Assembly (NCBI GenBank): GCA_963815095.1
Contig: CAWFFH010000001.1
Span: 32,001-96,000 of the forward strand
Origin: Candidatus Bathyarchaeota archaeon
GTDB taxonomy: Archaea > Thermoproteota > Bathyarchaeia > Bathyarchaeales > Bathycorpusculaceae
Reading direction: 5' to 3'
DNA: 64,000 nt
Shown here: one piece after another, positions 10,265-19,281 of the stretch
Layout of the letters: each line of letters begins with the position of its first letter
Numbering within the stretch: the first letter of the stretch is position 1
Position numbers and translations under genes: made by a program
The notes under the pieces: generated by a model
What the model saw: only the letters and a program-made list of their open reading frames with translations
What the model was told of the DNA's origin: nothing
Database searches by the model: none

Positions 10265-10418
10265 CGGGAGGTAGCTCAGCCTGGCAGAGCTCTCGAGCTG
10301 GCTAATTAGTTTAGCTGGTGGAGAAGCTGTAGAGGTCTACCAACGGTGGGCTTCATTCTAGCCTGTCTAGGCCACAGATACCGAGCTGTCGCAGGTTCAA
10401 ATCCTGCTCTCCCGACCA
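10265..10418 (+). tRNA. tRNA-Tyr(GTA) with two introns (30/31: 10296-10325; 37/38: 10333-10379) and encoded CCA
   Basis: Acceptor stem CGGGAGG/TCTCCCG with C1-G72 and A73; D arm GCTC/GAGC; T arm GCAGG-TTCAAAT-CCTGC. After removing both introns the anticodon arm reads CTCGG-CTGTAGA-CCGAG. Both introns fold into BHB motifs. Confidence 0.9.
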
Positions 10419-10503
10419 ATAACTTTTGGAAAATGTTTTTTGGAACCTCCTGGTGTCAAAGTTCTATAAACTAATTGCTATTTAAGACCCAAAATCAACA
10501 AAC

Positions 10504-10989
10504 CTATCTATACAGAAGAACAACCTCGCCTGGAGCAAACCAAATCTGTCGATAAAACCCTAAAACCCTCCAACCAAAAAACCGCCACAAATCCAAAAAA
10601 CCCATTATCCGAAAACCTGCTCTGACCAAAGTTGTCTTAGCTGTACCATTCCTTCTCTGAGTAGAAGCAAAAACCGCCTTAACACCATCCTTTTTCAAGG
10701 CAGCGACACCACCCCTCGTTAATGCAAAAGCTATCCCTTTACGCCTAAAAGCAGGATGAACCGCAATCCACAAAATGCAGCCATACTTAATTCCGCCAAT
10801 ATAGAACTCTATCAACTTAGCAAAGCCAATAGCATCTCCTTGGGTTTCCGCTACGAGAACTTTTCCTTTCTCTGACTCTACGCTGTGAATGGCAAAGAGG
10901 CGATAGAATGGAAAAGATAAATCGATTATTTCTCTTAGTTTTACGCAATCGTTTGATGTTGCTTGTCTTATGGATAATGAGCTTTCCAA
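10504..10989 (-). CDS. GNAT family N-acetyltransferase
   Basis: Acetyl-CoA binding motif IAVHPAFRRKGIA; N..A...L.RAGF. Confidence 0.85.
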   Translation of the reverse strand: MESSLSIRQATSNDCVKLREIIDLSFPFYRLFAIHSVESEKGKVLVAETQGDAIGFAKLIEFYIGGIKYGCILWIAVHPAFRRKGIAFALTRGGVAALKKDGVKAVFASTQRRNGTAKTTLVRAGFRIMGFLDLWRFFGWRVLGFYRQIWFAPGEVVLLYR

Positions 10990-11046
10990 TTTGGCGGCTC
11001 CATAGGTAATAGGTGCTAAAAAGAATTGAAGTCTTTTCAGGTGAAC

Positions 11047-12186
11047 TTAAAGTGGTGGTGAAGGGGGCGGTAATTTCGTTTCCTTTGGTTTTTTGCGTGA
11101 GAAGACTAAACTTGTTGATTTTACGATTTGGGGTACTCCTGCAAGGTCTTCCACAATTAATAAGCCACGTGCCAAGATTGCAAATGCTCCGATGGCAGCC
11201 AGAACTGTTATTCCTGGAGCAACAAAAGTGGTGCTTGGGTTAAGGAAGAGCAGACTCATTATTCCAACAATTCCGAATTCTTGGACTCCTGCTCCTGCTG
11301 GAGTGATCGGAACAAACGCTAATGCAGTTACTAATGGGTGGATTAGGAAGAAGCCAAGCCATGCTATTGCGAAGTTGCTGTTGAGCGTTATTCCTAATGC
11401 TGCTCCTAAGAAGTACCATTCGAAGCCTTTTAGAACCCAGCATATCATTGTTAACCCGAAAATTTCAGGGATTGCTGAGCGTGTTTTCTTAGAGCTATCT
11501 TTGTATTCTTCAAGTTTGCCCATTATGCCCCCAGTGAATCTTTTTAAAAATCTGGAATTGGCTAAGCGGTCAAAAACTGCTATAGCTCTCTCGGACCAGG
11601 AGAAAGCGGCCAGCAAAAGAGCGCCAGTTAGCATAAGAGCAATACCTAGAGCTATCACGAAAAAGGTTACATTGATTCCCAAAATAGTTGCTGAAGGCCA
11701 ATTGCCCGTTGGAACCATCTTAATCAGAAATATGGCTGCGCCAATGCCACCTATTACTTTGACTAAAAACTCTATTGTCTGTATACCTAAGATGCTTGAG
11801 AGTCCTTTTGATGCGGGCACGTTTTGGTCTCGAAGATAAACAGGTGTTAAAATGTAGCCGGAGCGTCCAGGGGTTACATCGCTAGTTAACATCCCTGCAT
11901 ATTGGGCAAGAAGGGTTTTGCCAAAAGTTGTTTTAACTCCTCCTTTGCCAAGAACTCTTCTTAGACGTATTGCGAAGAATACATTTATTCCAAAATACAT
12001 TAGAAAAGCTAGAGCCAAATACTCTACTTTAATGGTGAGTAAGGCGTTATACAAGGAACCAACTCCAATGTACCATAGCAACGCTGCGAAAATAGCGACC
12101 ATTACAACTACTTGAATGAAGATTTTTAGGAATCTTTTTGATGAGGTATGCGTGTTAGGTGCAGAGGATTCTTGGGTAGTTGTCAT
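11047..12186 (-). CDS. Lysylphosphatidylglycerol synthase TM-domain / UPF0104 (AglD2-like) flippase-family membrane protein
   Basis: Polytopic; VTPGRSG and VPITPAGAGVQE motifs. ATG at 12186 preferred over the longer ORF start. Confidence 0.8.
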   Translation of the reverse strand: MTTTQESSAPNTHTSSKRFLKIFIQVVVMVAIFAALLWYIGVGSLYNALLTIKVEYLALAFLMYFGINVFFAIRLRRVLGKGGVKTTFGKTLLAQYAGMLTSDVTPGRSGYILTPVYLRDQNVPASKGLSSILGIQTIEFLVKVIGGIGAAIFLIKMVPTGNWPSATILGINVTFFVIALGIALMLTGALLLAAFSWSERAIAVFDRLANSRFLKRFTGGIMGKLEEYKDSSKKTRSAIPEIFGLTMICWVLKGFEWYFLGAALGITLNSNFAIAWLGFFLIHPLVTALAFVPITPAGAGVQEFGIVGIMSLLFLNPSTTFVAPGITVLAAIGAFAILARGLLIVEDLAGVPQIVKSTSLVFSRKKPKETKLPPPSPPL

Positions 12187-12399
12187 GATGTTTAGGAATT
12201 GGCTTTGGGGGTTAAATGGATTGTGGAAAAACCCCATAAATCTGTTTAATCAATTCTCTACGAGTTTTAGGTATTTTGTCAATAGTTAGCTGACTTTTGA
12301 CGGCGTCATTTGCTTGCGTTTCATGGCTATGTTGCTTTCCTTAGTTAATCTTAAATATCAACACTGAATACACTGCCAATAATATCGGAGAAAATAAAG

Positions 12400-13361
12400 A
12401 TGGTAAAACAAAAGCGCAAGCACTTAATCTTGACAATCGCAGTTTTTGCCTTGCTATTCCTCTCGGTCTTCGCCTTATTCGCCAAACCAGCCGAGGCACA
12501 AACCACTGATATGACAACGCAAGTGCCTCAGAGCCTATTCACGTTACAGTTGGGGTTTGGCTCAACAACATAGAAAAAGTTGACCTTGCAGGTAATTCTT
12601 ACCGATTAGATTTCTACTTATGGTTCAGCTTTGATCCTTCACAAATCAGCTTAAATGATGTTCGACAATTTGAGTTCATCAATGGTTCACCGACAAAAAC
12701 AGAGATTGATTCAAACTTTTCATACCTTGAATACCGCATCAAAGGATACTATATCACTTCATTTGATTTTTCACAGTATCCCTTTGAAAGCCATACTTTA
12801 CCTGTTGCAATAGAGCATAACAATCTTGACATTACCCAGTTAGTTTATGTTACTGACCCAGAATCAGGCACGGAAAAATCTGCAAATGTTGCAGGATGGA
12901 ACCTTGGTAGTCTTCAAACTGAAGTTGTTAAACACGCTTACCCAGATCAAACGTTCTCACGTTTCACTTTCAGCGTCACCATATCTAAACCACTGGTTTC
13001 AGCCTTCATCAAAAGCGTTCTGCCAATATCCGTTATCACGGCAATTTCTTTGTTAGCTCTATTCATAGCGCCCCAGAATTTCACCATGCGAATCACCTTA
13101 GCTGTTACCACGCTTTTGCAGCAACAACTTTCCATCTTGTCGATGCTTAGCGGTATTTCACCAACGGGTTATTTGACTCTTGCAGAAAAGGTTATGATTG
13201 GAGTTTATGGGCTGTTCCTATTCAATCTTGCTTCATCCGTATTCATCATGCGACTAGTTGATGCTAAGAAACCTGAAGATGCATTGAAGATTAAAAGTAA
13301 AGCAATAAAGTTCCTTCCAGTAATGGTAATTATAATGGCTGTGTTGATTTTTCTAATCTAA
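12400..13361 (+). CDS. Pentameric ligand-gated ion channel (Pro-loop, GLIC/ELIC-like), interrupted by indels
   Basis: Signal peptide from ATG 12400. After a frameshift near 12510 an open frame reads EPIHVTVGVWLNNIEKVD..Y.LDFYLWF, DFSQYPFESH (Pro-loop), GWNL, FSRFTFSVTISKP, M1 with LP, M2 RITLAVTTL, P.GYLT.AEK, M3 and M4. Confidence 0.82.
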
Positions 13362-13375
13362 ACAACCACTCTTTT

Positions 13376-13570
13376 TTATGGTCTTACGCATTCAGCTTTA
13401 GGTCTATATGGGCGTTTAGTTGTTCTTTTGCGTTTATGATACTCGCATTCGTTGACTCGTGTTAGCATCCAATTATTTTCTTGGTAAATGCATCCGCAAG
13501 GTAACTTTAGTTCTTTTAAAGCATCCGCTGGTTCAGAGGTTTTCTTTGGTTCAGCCATTGTTTCAGCCAA
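13376..13570 (-). CDS. Small Cys/His-containing hypothetical protein
   Basis: LPCGC...CEYH motif and basic tail; likely start at ATG 13558. Confidence 0.5.
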   Translation of the reverse strand: MAETMAEPKKTSEPADALKELKLPCGCIYQENNWMLTRVNECEYHKRKRTTKRPYRPKAECVRP

Positions 13571-13987
13571 CTATTTCATAAGGCGAAATAAAGTAATAAC
13601 TTTAACCCCTAAGGCTACTAAATTAGAAAGAAAGAAAATTTGGGAATTTATTTTTTAAAGATTTGCTGCGACTGTTGATAGGTTAGCTATGTCCATTTTG
13701 TAGTGACCTGCAAAATCCATTCTGGAGTGATAGTTGCACCAGCCTGGCATTGCTCAGTAGGAGTGTATTACTGCTGCTATTTCTGCTTTGATTACCACGT
13801 TGCTTGTATCGTCGGTAACTTTGAAGGGGTTGAATGCATGCCTGGTGCAGTGAGCGCGAATGTGAATGTGTTTCCGCTAATTTTGACCGTGAGGGTTCAG
13901 TTGATTGTTGAACTGTTTTATCCAGAGTTCGATGTTCACCTGTTATTTATCTGGTGGCGGTGATTTTGAAACGTAGCCTTTATTTTT

Positions 13988-14795
13988 CTAAAAAATGTTA
14001 GTGGGAATTATTGTTATTTGGTAGAGGTTTGGCCAGTTTTTGCCTGTGACGAAGAGGCTGTTGGAATGAGCGTCGTAGGCTATGCCGTTTAGAACATCGT
14101 CGGGATTATTTGATTGGTAAATTCCTGTTAAGTCTATCCAACCTTTCACAGATCCTGTTTGGGGATTTATGATTGCGATTTTTTGTTGTAGCCATATGTT
14201 AGCGTAAACATCTCCATTTATGAATTCTAACTCGTTTATGTTTGTTACATTAGCGTTTCCATCATGAACACTTACTTGCCCAACTTTCTGGTAAGTCACC
14301 GGGTCAAGGAAGGTTAAGTTTGAGGAACCGTCACTCATGATTAATTCTCTGCCATTATATGTCAAGCCCCACCCCTCAGTTGAATAACTAAAATTACCCA
14401 ACAAACCAAAGGTTTCTTTATTGTAGACAAAACCCATGTTATTTTGCCACGTTAACTGAACAAGCGAGTCATTGACAATGGCTAAGCCTTCCCCAAAATA
14501 CTTTGTAGGCAACAAAGTATTTTGCGTTCACCGAACCGGTTTCAAGGTTGACTCGGCGCAGAGAAGAAGACCCATACTCGCCAGTGCTCTCGTATAGAGA
14601 TCCATCACTGAACGCTAAGCCTTCGGTGAAGGCTGTGTTGTCATGGGGGTAAGTTTTGACGATTTGGTAGGTGTATTGCTTGGGCGGAACTGGAGCATTA
14701 GGTGCTTGACTATTAATTAGCGTTACCGCCAAAACTCCGCCTGCAACAAGCATTGCCATTACAACTGCAAGAGCGGCAACATACCTTTTTTCCAT
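13988..14795 (-). CDS. Glutaminyl-peptide cyclotransferase (beta-propeller type), split by a frameshift near 14527
   Basis: N-part: YPHD..AFTEGL, LYESTG.YG.S. C-part: [45 protein letters not shown]-terminal signal/anchor helix. Confidence 0.88.
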
Positions 14796-14919
14796 AAAAA
14801 CACAAAAGCACAGCCCCGCCTAATATGCACAACGCATAATCCTCAAAAAACATTTTAGCGAAACACTTAAGTGCTGAGAAATCTAAGTTGTGTCTCAGAC
14901 TTAAAATAGGTGAAATCAA

Positions 14920-15519
14920 TTGGCTGTTGAAGGTTTTTTCGAAAACAAAAAGGAACCCGTAGAAGCAAAAGTAGGCGACTTAACCCCTCAATCTAAAGCG
15001 GTTAACGTTACGGCCAAAGTAGTATCCAAAACAGAAATCAGAGAAATTCCAATGGGCAGAGACGGCTCTGCACACAAAGTATCTGATGCACTCATTGGCG
15101 ACGAAACTGGCGTAGTATACCTCACCCTATGGGATGACAACATAGAGAAAGTAAACGAAGCAGACACAGTACGCATAGAAAACGGCTATGTAACTCTCTT
15201 CAAAGGCAACATACGCCTGAACATCGGCAAATACGGCAAACTCGAAGCTGCAAAAGAGCCACTTACAGTAGAAGTTAACACAGAAAACAACGTTTCAAGC
15301 AAAACATACGAGCAAGAACGCAGACCATTTAGAAGCGGCGGCAGAGGCGGCGGACGAGGATTCGGCGGTGGCGGCGGTGGCTACGGCGGCGGACGCGATA
15401 GACGCGGCGGCGGTGGCTACGGCGGAGGCGGCGGTGGCTACGGCGGCGGACGCGACAGCAGAGGCGGCGGCGATCGACGCGGTGGCGGCGGAAGCGGCGG
15501 CTACAGACCAAGATACTAA
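14920..15519 (+). CDS. ssb: Single-stranded DNA-binding protein (crenarchaeal-type single OB fold) with Gly/Arg/Tyr-rich tail
   Basis: VNVTAKVVSK, IGDETG.V.LTLWD, V.IENGYV..FKG...LNIGKYG; TTG start preceded by AGGTGA. Confidence 0.88.
   Translation: MAVEGFFENKKEPVEAKVGDLTPQSKAVNVTAKVVSKTEIREIPMGRDGSAHKVSDALIGDETGVVYLTLWDDNIEKVNEADTVRIENGYVTLFKGNIRLNIGKYGKLEAAKEPLTVEVNTENNVSSKTYEQERRPFRSGGRGGGRGFGGGGGGYGGGRDRRGGGGYGGGGGGYGGGRDSRGGGDRRGGGGSGGYRPRY
15370..15455 (+). repeat. Intragenic direct repeat encoding GGGYGGGRD units
   Basis: ggcggcggtggctacggcggcggacgcga occurs at 15370-15398 and 15427-15455; a third partial copy starts at 15406. Confidence 0.85.
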
Positions 15520-15677
15520 GCCCATCATATGTGTTGAGTTTAGAAATATTTTCTTTTTTTGATTTTTTATATCTTTAATTACTCCATTATCTTATTACCT
15601 AAATCCCCAAAATACTTGTAAACGTTTTCTTTGAGTTTTTTAATAAAAACTTAAATTCTCTGCGGTGTTTTTCACCG

Positions 15678-17075
15678 TTGAATAGAGTGTTTTGTATGGT
15701 CGCCGAAAAAACTTCAGCAAAGCCAACCGTGGATGAGTTGCTTGCGAAAGCCAAAAAACCTGCGCAGTTATCTTCAGCTATGCATAGGTTCTACGAAGGA
15801 AAAATGCAGGTTATCCCCAAATGCGCCATCAGGAATACAGATGATTTTGCAATCTGGTACACTCCCGGCGTAGCTTCACCCTGCAGAGAAATTCAAGCTG
15901 ACCCCGACAAATCATTCGAGTTAACGAACCGCTGGAATTACGTTGCGATTGTTACAGATGGGACTCGCGTTTTGGGTTTAGGCGATATTGGTCCTGAAGC
16001 AGCGTTACCAGTAATGGAGGGCAAAGCTCTTCTTTTCAAATATTTAGGTGGGGTTGATGCCTTTCCAATTTGCCTTCGAACCAAGGATCCCGATGAGATT
16101 GTACGGATTTGCAAAGCATTGGAGCCTTCTTTTGGCGGTATTAATCTAGAAGATATTGAGAAGCCAAAATGTTTTCATGTTTTGGAGAAAGCACGCGAGC
16201 AGATGCATGTGCCAGTTTGGCATGACGATCAGCAAGGAACTGCCACAGTAATCCTTGCCGGATTGATTAACGCATTTAAAATCGTTGGAAAAAAACCTAA
16301 AGAAAGTCTAATCACTCTGGTTGGTTCGGGAGCTGCCAACATTAGAACCGCTTATGTGCTTATGAAATGGGGTGTTAAACCCGGAAACATAATTTTTGCA
16401 GACAGCAAAGGCGTAATCTACAAAGGTAGAGCCGACATCAACCAACAAGAAGACCCATGGAAATACGACGTCACCCAAAAAACCAACGGAGAAGGCAGAA
16501 CAGGCGACATCGCAGATGCTTTCAAGGGCGTGGATGCAGTTGTTGCCGCTTCAAGGCCAGGTCCAAACACAATCAAAAAAGAATGGGTAAAAACCATGGC
16601 GAACGACGCAATAATTTTTGCGTGTGCTAACCCCATTCCAGAGATTTGGCCTTGGGACGCCGAAGATGCAGGCGCACGAATAGTTGCAACTGGACGAAGT
16701 GACTTTCCAAACCAAGTAAACAACAGCCTTGGGTTTCCGGGGATTTTCCGCGGGGTCTTAGATGTTAAAGCAAAAACCATAACTGATGACATGTGTATTG
16801 CAGCGGCGACGGAGCTTGCAAATTTTGCCGAAGAAAGGGGAATGAGCGAAAAAGACATTTTGCCGCGGATGGATGAGTGGGAGGTTTTTCCCAGAGAAGC
16901 CGTTGCTTGCGCGTTAAAATCCATTGAGCAGGGCGTAGCGCGTGTTAAACTCAGCAAGCAGGAACTGTATGAGCGGGCATCTGCTATAATCAAGAATGCT
17001 AGGGAATCCACAGAGTTGCTGATGAAACATGGTTTAATTAAGCAGCCACCAAGTGAAGCAGAACTGTTAAAGTAG
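15678..17075 (+). CDS. NAD(P)-dependent malic enzyme
   Basis: YTPGVA, VTDGTRVLGLGDIG, VMEGKALLFK, INLEDI, HDDQQGT, ANPIPEI, ATGRSDFPNQVNN. Confidence 0.93.
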   Translation: MNRVFCMVAEKTSAKPTVDELLAKAKKPAQLSSAMHRFYEGKMQVIPKCAIRNTDDFAIWYTPGVASPCREIQADPDKSFELTNRWNYVAIVTDGTRVLGLGDIGPEAALPVMEGKALLFKYLGGVDAFPICLRTKDPDEIVRICKALEPSFGGINLEDIEKPKCFHVLEKAREQMHVPVWHDDQQGTATVILAGLINAFKIVGKKPKESLITLVGSGAANIRTAYVLMKWGVKPGNIIFADSKGVIYKGRADINQQEDPWKYDVTQKTNGEGRTGDIADAFKGVDAVVAASRPGPNTIKKEWVKTMANDAIIFACANPIPEIWPWDAEDAGARIVATGRSDFPNQVNNSLGFPGIFRGVLDVKAKTITDDMCIAAATELANFAEERGMSEKDILPRMDEWEVFPREAVACALKSIEQGVARVKLSKQELYERASAIIKNARESTELLMKHGLIKQPPSEAELLK

Positions 17076-17133
17076 CGTCTATTTCTTCCTCAAAGATCAT
17101 AACGAAAAATAGCTTGCAAAAATAAAGAGAAGA

Positions 17134-17412
17134 TTAGAGTGGCGATATTTTTACAATATTTCTTTTCTCGAGCCTTCGAAGTGCATCGAGACATTCATCC
17201 TTTTTCTCGCCGGTAATGTTTAAGTTGAGCATAATGTCTTTCACCGAAACGCCTGGCTTGCCAAAGTTTTCGTGCCGCTTGTAGAGGTGCTTAACTATAG
17301 ATTTTTCGAGTTTGCCGCATCGCCATGTAGTATTGCGTATTAGAATAACGATGGTCTGGACAAGGGTCTGCTCGCTTGTTTTTCTTCCACGGGATTCTCC
17401 CATCTTTCCCAC
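17134..17412 (-). CDS. Small winged-helix-like hypothetical protein
   Basis: C-terminal V.VKDI...L......CLDALRRLEKRNIVKI wHTH pattern. Confidence 0.55.
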   Translation of the reverse strand: MGKMGESRGRKTSEQTLVQTIVILIRNTTWRCGKLEKSIVKHLYKRHENFGKPGVSVKDIMLNLNITGEKKDECLDALRRLEKRNIVKISPL

Positions 17413-17491
17413 CTTCGGTTTTTAACGCATCATTTCATTTAAACGTTTGTTCCATGATGGAATAAGATCTGTTTTTTGGGCGAAAGGTTTT

Positions 17492-17941
17492 TTAGAGTGT
17501 TTTTTTGAGGTACTTGCCATGTTTTTTGCCGTAATAGTTTTCTAATTTGCCAATAGTTTGGTAACCGATGGCTTGATAGAGTTTAATTGCAGGGTGGTTA
17601 TCTTCGCACACCTCTAAGCGACATTCACCTACGCCTTTTTGTTTTAGGATACTTTCGATTTCTTGGAGAAGTTTTTTGGCGATTCCGTTTCGTCGGCATT
17701 TTGGGGCAACGTTGATTGTTATAATATGTCCAAACTCCGTATTTTCCTCAACTTCAATCTGAGTGATTATGAATCCTGCTATGTCGTTGTTTGCTTTAGC
17801 GACGAAGGCAATGGTGTTGTAGTCGGTTAGTAAGTAGGCTATTTGTCGTTTGCTGAAGGCTTCTTGGTCAAAGCATTCCTCTTCGATTTGGTAGAGTTTA
17901 TCGAGAAGCTTGAGGTTTGCTGTTTCGATTTTTACTTCCAT
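17492..17941 (-). CDS. rimI: RimI/Ard1-like protein N-acetyltransferase
   Basis: IEEECF, GHIITINVAPKCRRNGIA, LEV..DN.PAI.LY...GY, ENYY. Confidence 0.85.
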   Translation of the reverse strand: MEVKIETANLKLLDKLYQIEEECFDQEAFSKRQIAYLLTDYNTIAFVAKANNDIAGFIITQIEVEENTEFGHIITINVAPKCRRNGIAKKLLQEIESILKQKGVGECRLEVCEDNHPAIKLYQAIGYQTIGKLENYYGKKHGKYLKKTL

Positions 17942-17959
17942 TTGCGGCTCTAAACCATA

Positions 17960-19084
17960 TTAGGGTTGAGGGGAGATTTTAGTTTTTTCCGTGTTTTCGA
18001 CTTTACCTGCCAGGGGTCTTAGTTCAAGATATTGTTGAGCCCCAAAACCTATGAAGAATCGGAACCACAAAGTTATGATTCGCACCAAGATGGTTGCGGT
18101 AGCAGCTAGAGGTCCATATATTCCCATAGATATGTATAGGGTAGTCATTACTGCTTCTGGAAGCCCAACTTCAAATGGCACACCGACTGGAATTGCTTTA
18201 ACGGCTAAAAATATTGCCGAAGTGACTATGATTATGCTCCAGGTAACTGGGTGACCAAGCGATTGGAACACGAGATAGGGTATGCTTAAGCTGAAGAACC
18301 ATGAAGCAACTAGGTAGACCATTGAGCCAGCTATAGCTTTAGGGTTATGTCGGAACTCTTTCATTGCATCATGGAAGTGAGTGGTAACTTCTACAGCTTG
18401 TCCAGTTAGTTTAGTTAGGTTTACTCTTCCGAAGGTTATTTTGTGGGCAGCGTTGGTTGCAAAATCTACGAGTTTGAGTGTCCATTGCTGCTTGAACGAC
18501 AAAACTAACATTAAAGCGATTATTCCTACAATTACTGCTCCAACTAAAATAATTGCGTTGAAAACCAACGGGTTAACGTTTCCACCACGAGTTAGCAAAA
18601 TTATTCCGGCAATTAAAGCAACAACGTTTAGAACCATGCCTAAGAGCCTGTGTGTAAAAAGTGAAGCTACCACTTTTCCGAAGGGACCGCATTTGTCTCT
18701 GGTACATAGGTAGGTTCGGGTTACTTCTCCGCTTATGGCTTGGGCTGGAACAATGGTGTCAACGTATATTCCATACCAAACGTAGAGGTAGGCTCTTACA
18801 ACGCTTATTTTGATTTTTAAGTAATTGGTTAGAACTCGCCATGATAACGTGAAGAAGAAGACTTCTAACAAACCGAATCCTATCGCTATTGCATAGATTA
18901 GAGGGTCTGCCGTTTTAGCTGTTTCAAAGATGCCTAAAATGTCTACTTTAAACAGGTAAATGTAGAGGAAAAAACCCGCTAAACCTAACAGCGGAAAAAC
19001 AGCTGTCTTCCAAGTTAGCTTTGGCTTAGTAGGTGGTTCCAAACAATTTTGCACCGTGTATAACGGAGAGGAATAAATCAGCAA
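17960..19084 (-). CDS. Lysylphosphatidylglycerol synthase TM-domain / UPF0104 flippase-family membrane protein
   Basis: Polytopic; VPAQAISGE..R, PVGVPFEVGLPE and AATATILVRIITLWF motifs. Confidence 0.82.
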   Translation of the reverse strand: MLIYSSPLYTVQNCLEPPTKPKLTWKTAVFPLLGLAGFFLYIYLFKVDILGIFETAKTADPLIYAIAIGFGLLEVFFFTLSWRVLTNYLKIKISVVRAYLYVWYGIYVDTIVPAQAISGEVTRTYLCTRDKCGPFGKVVASLFTHRLLGMVLNVVALIAGIILLTRGGNVNPLVFNAIILVGAVIVGIIALMLVLSFKQQWTLKLVDFATNAAHKITFGRVNLTKLTGQAVEVTTHFHDAMKEFRHNPKAIAGSMVYLVASWFFSLSIPYLVFQSLGHPVTWSIIIVTSAIFLAVKAIPVGVPFEVGLPEAVMTTLYISMGIYGPLAATATILVRIITLWFRFFIGFGAQQYLELRPLAGKVENTEKTKISPQP

Positions 19085-19281
19085 TTATATACTTTACCCA
19101 AATCTCATCAACCATTTCTTTGCTAAACAGGGTGTTTCTAATCTTTCCAAATCTTAAAGACACGATCAATATTGGATTTTTTAGATTAATGACCGAGTGT
19201 TTTTTTGGTCATACAAGTTTGTGTATGTCATGACAACATTTTAATTGTTAGTGGCTTTTTACCAGTAATCAGGTCTTAGAA

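Noticed and set aside
11093-11839. Long antisense ORFs (e.g. 11093..11839, 16418..17011, 57858..58385, 42073..42534)
   Set aside because: They lie fully opposite well-supported genes and show no family motifs, consistent with codon-bias shadows.
13650-13975. ORF 13703..13963 (+) and short minus-strand peptide-like fragments
   Set aside because: No recognisable motifs and multiple stops on the minus strand. It may be a decayed gene but cannot be assigned.
15330-15500. GC-rich repeats as a CRISPR array or separate GC-rich ORFs (15295..15528, 15329..15511, 15368..15562)
   Set aside because: They are Gly codon runs in the SSB tail with no repeat-spacer structure. The overlapping ORFs are shadows.
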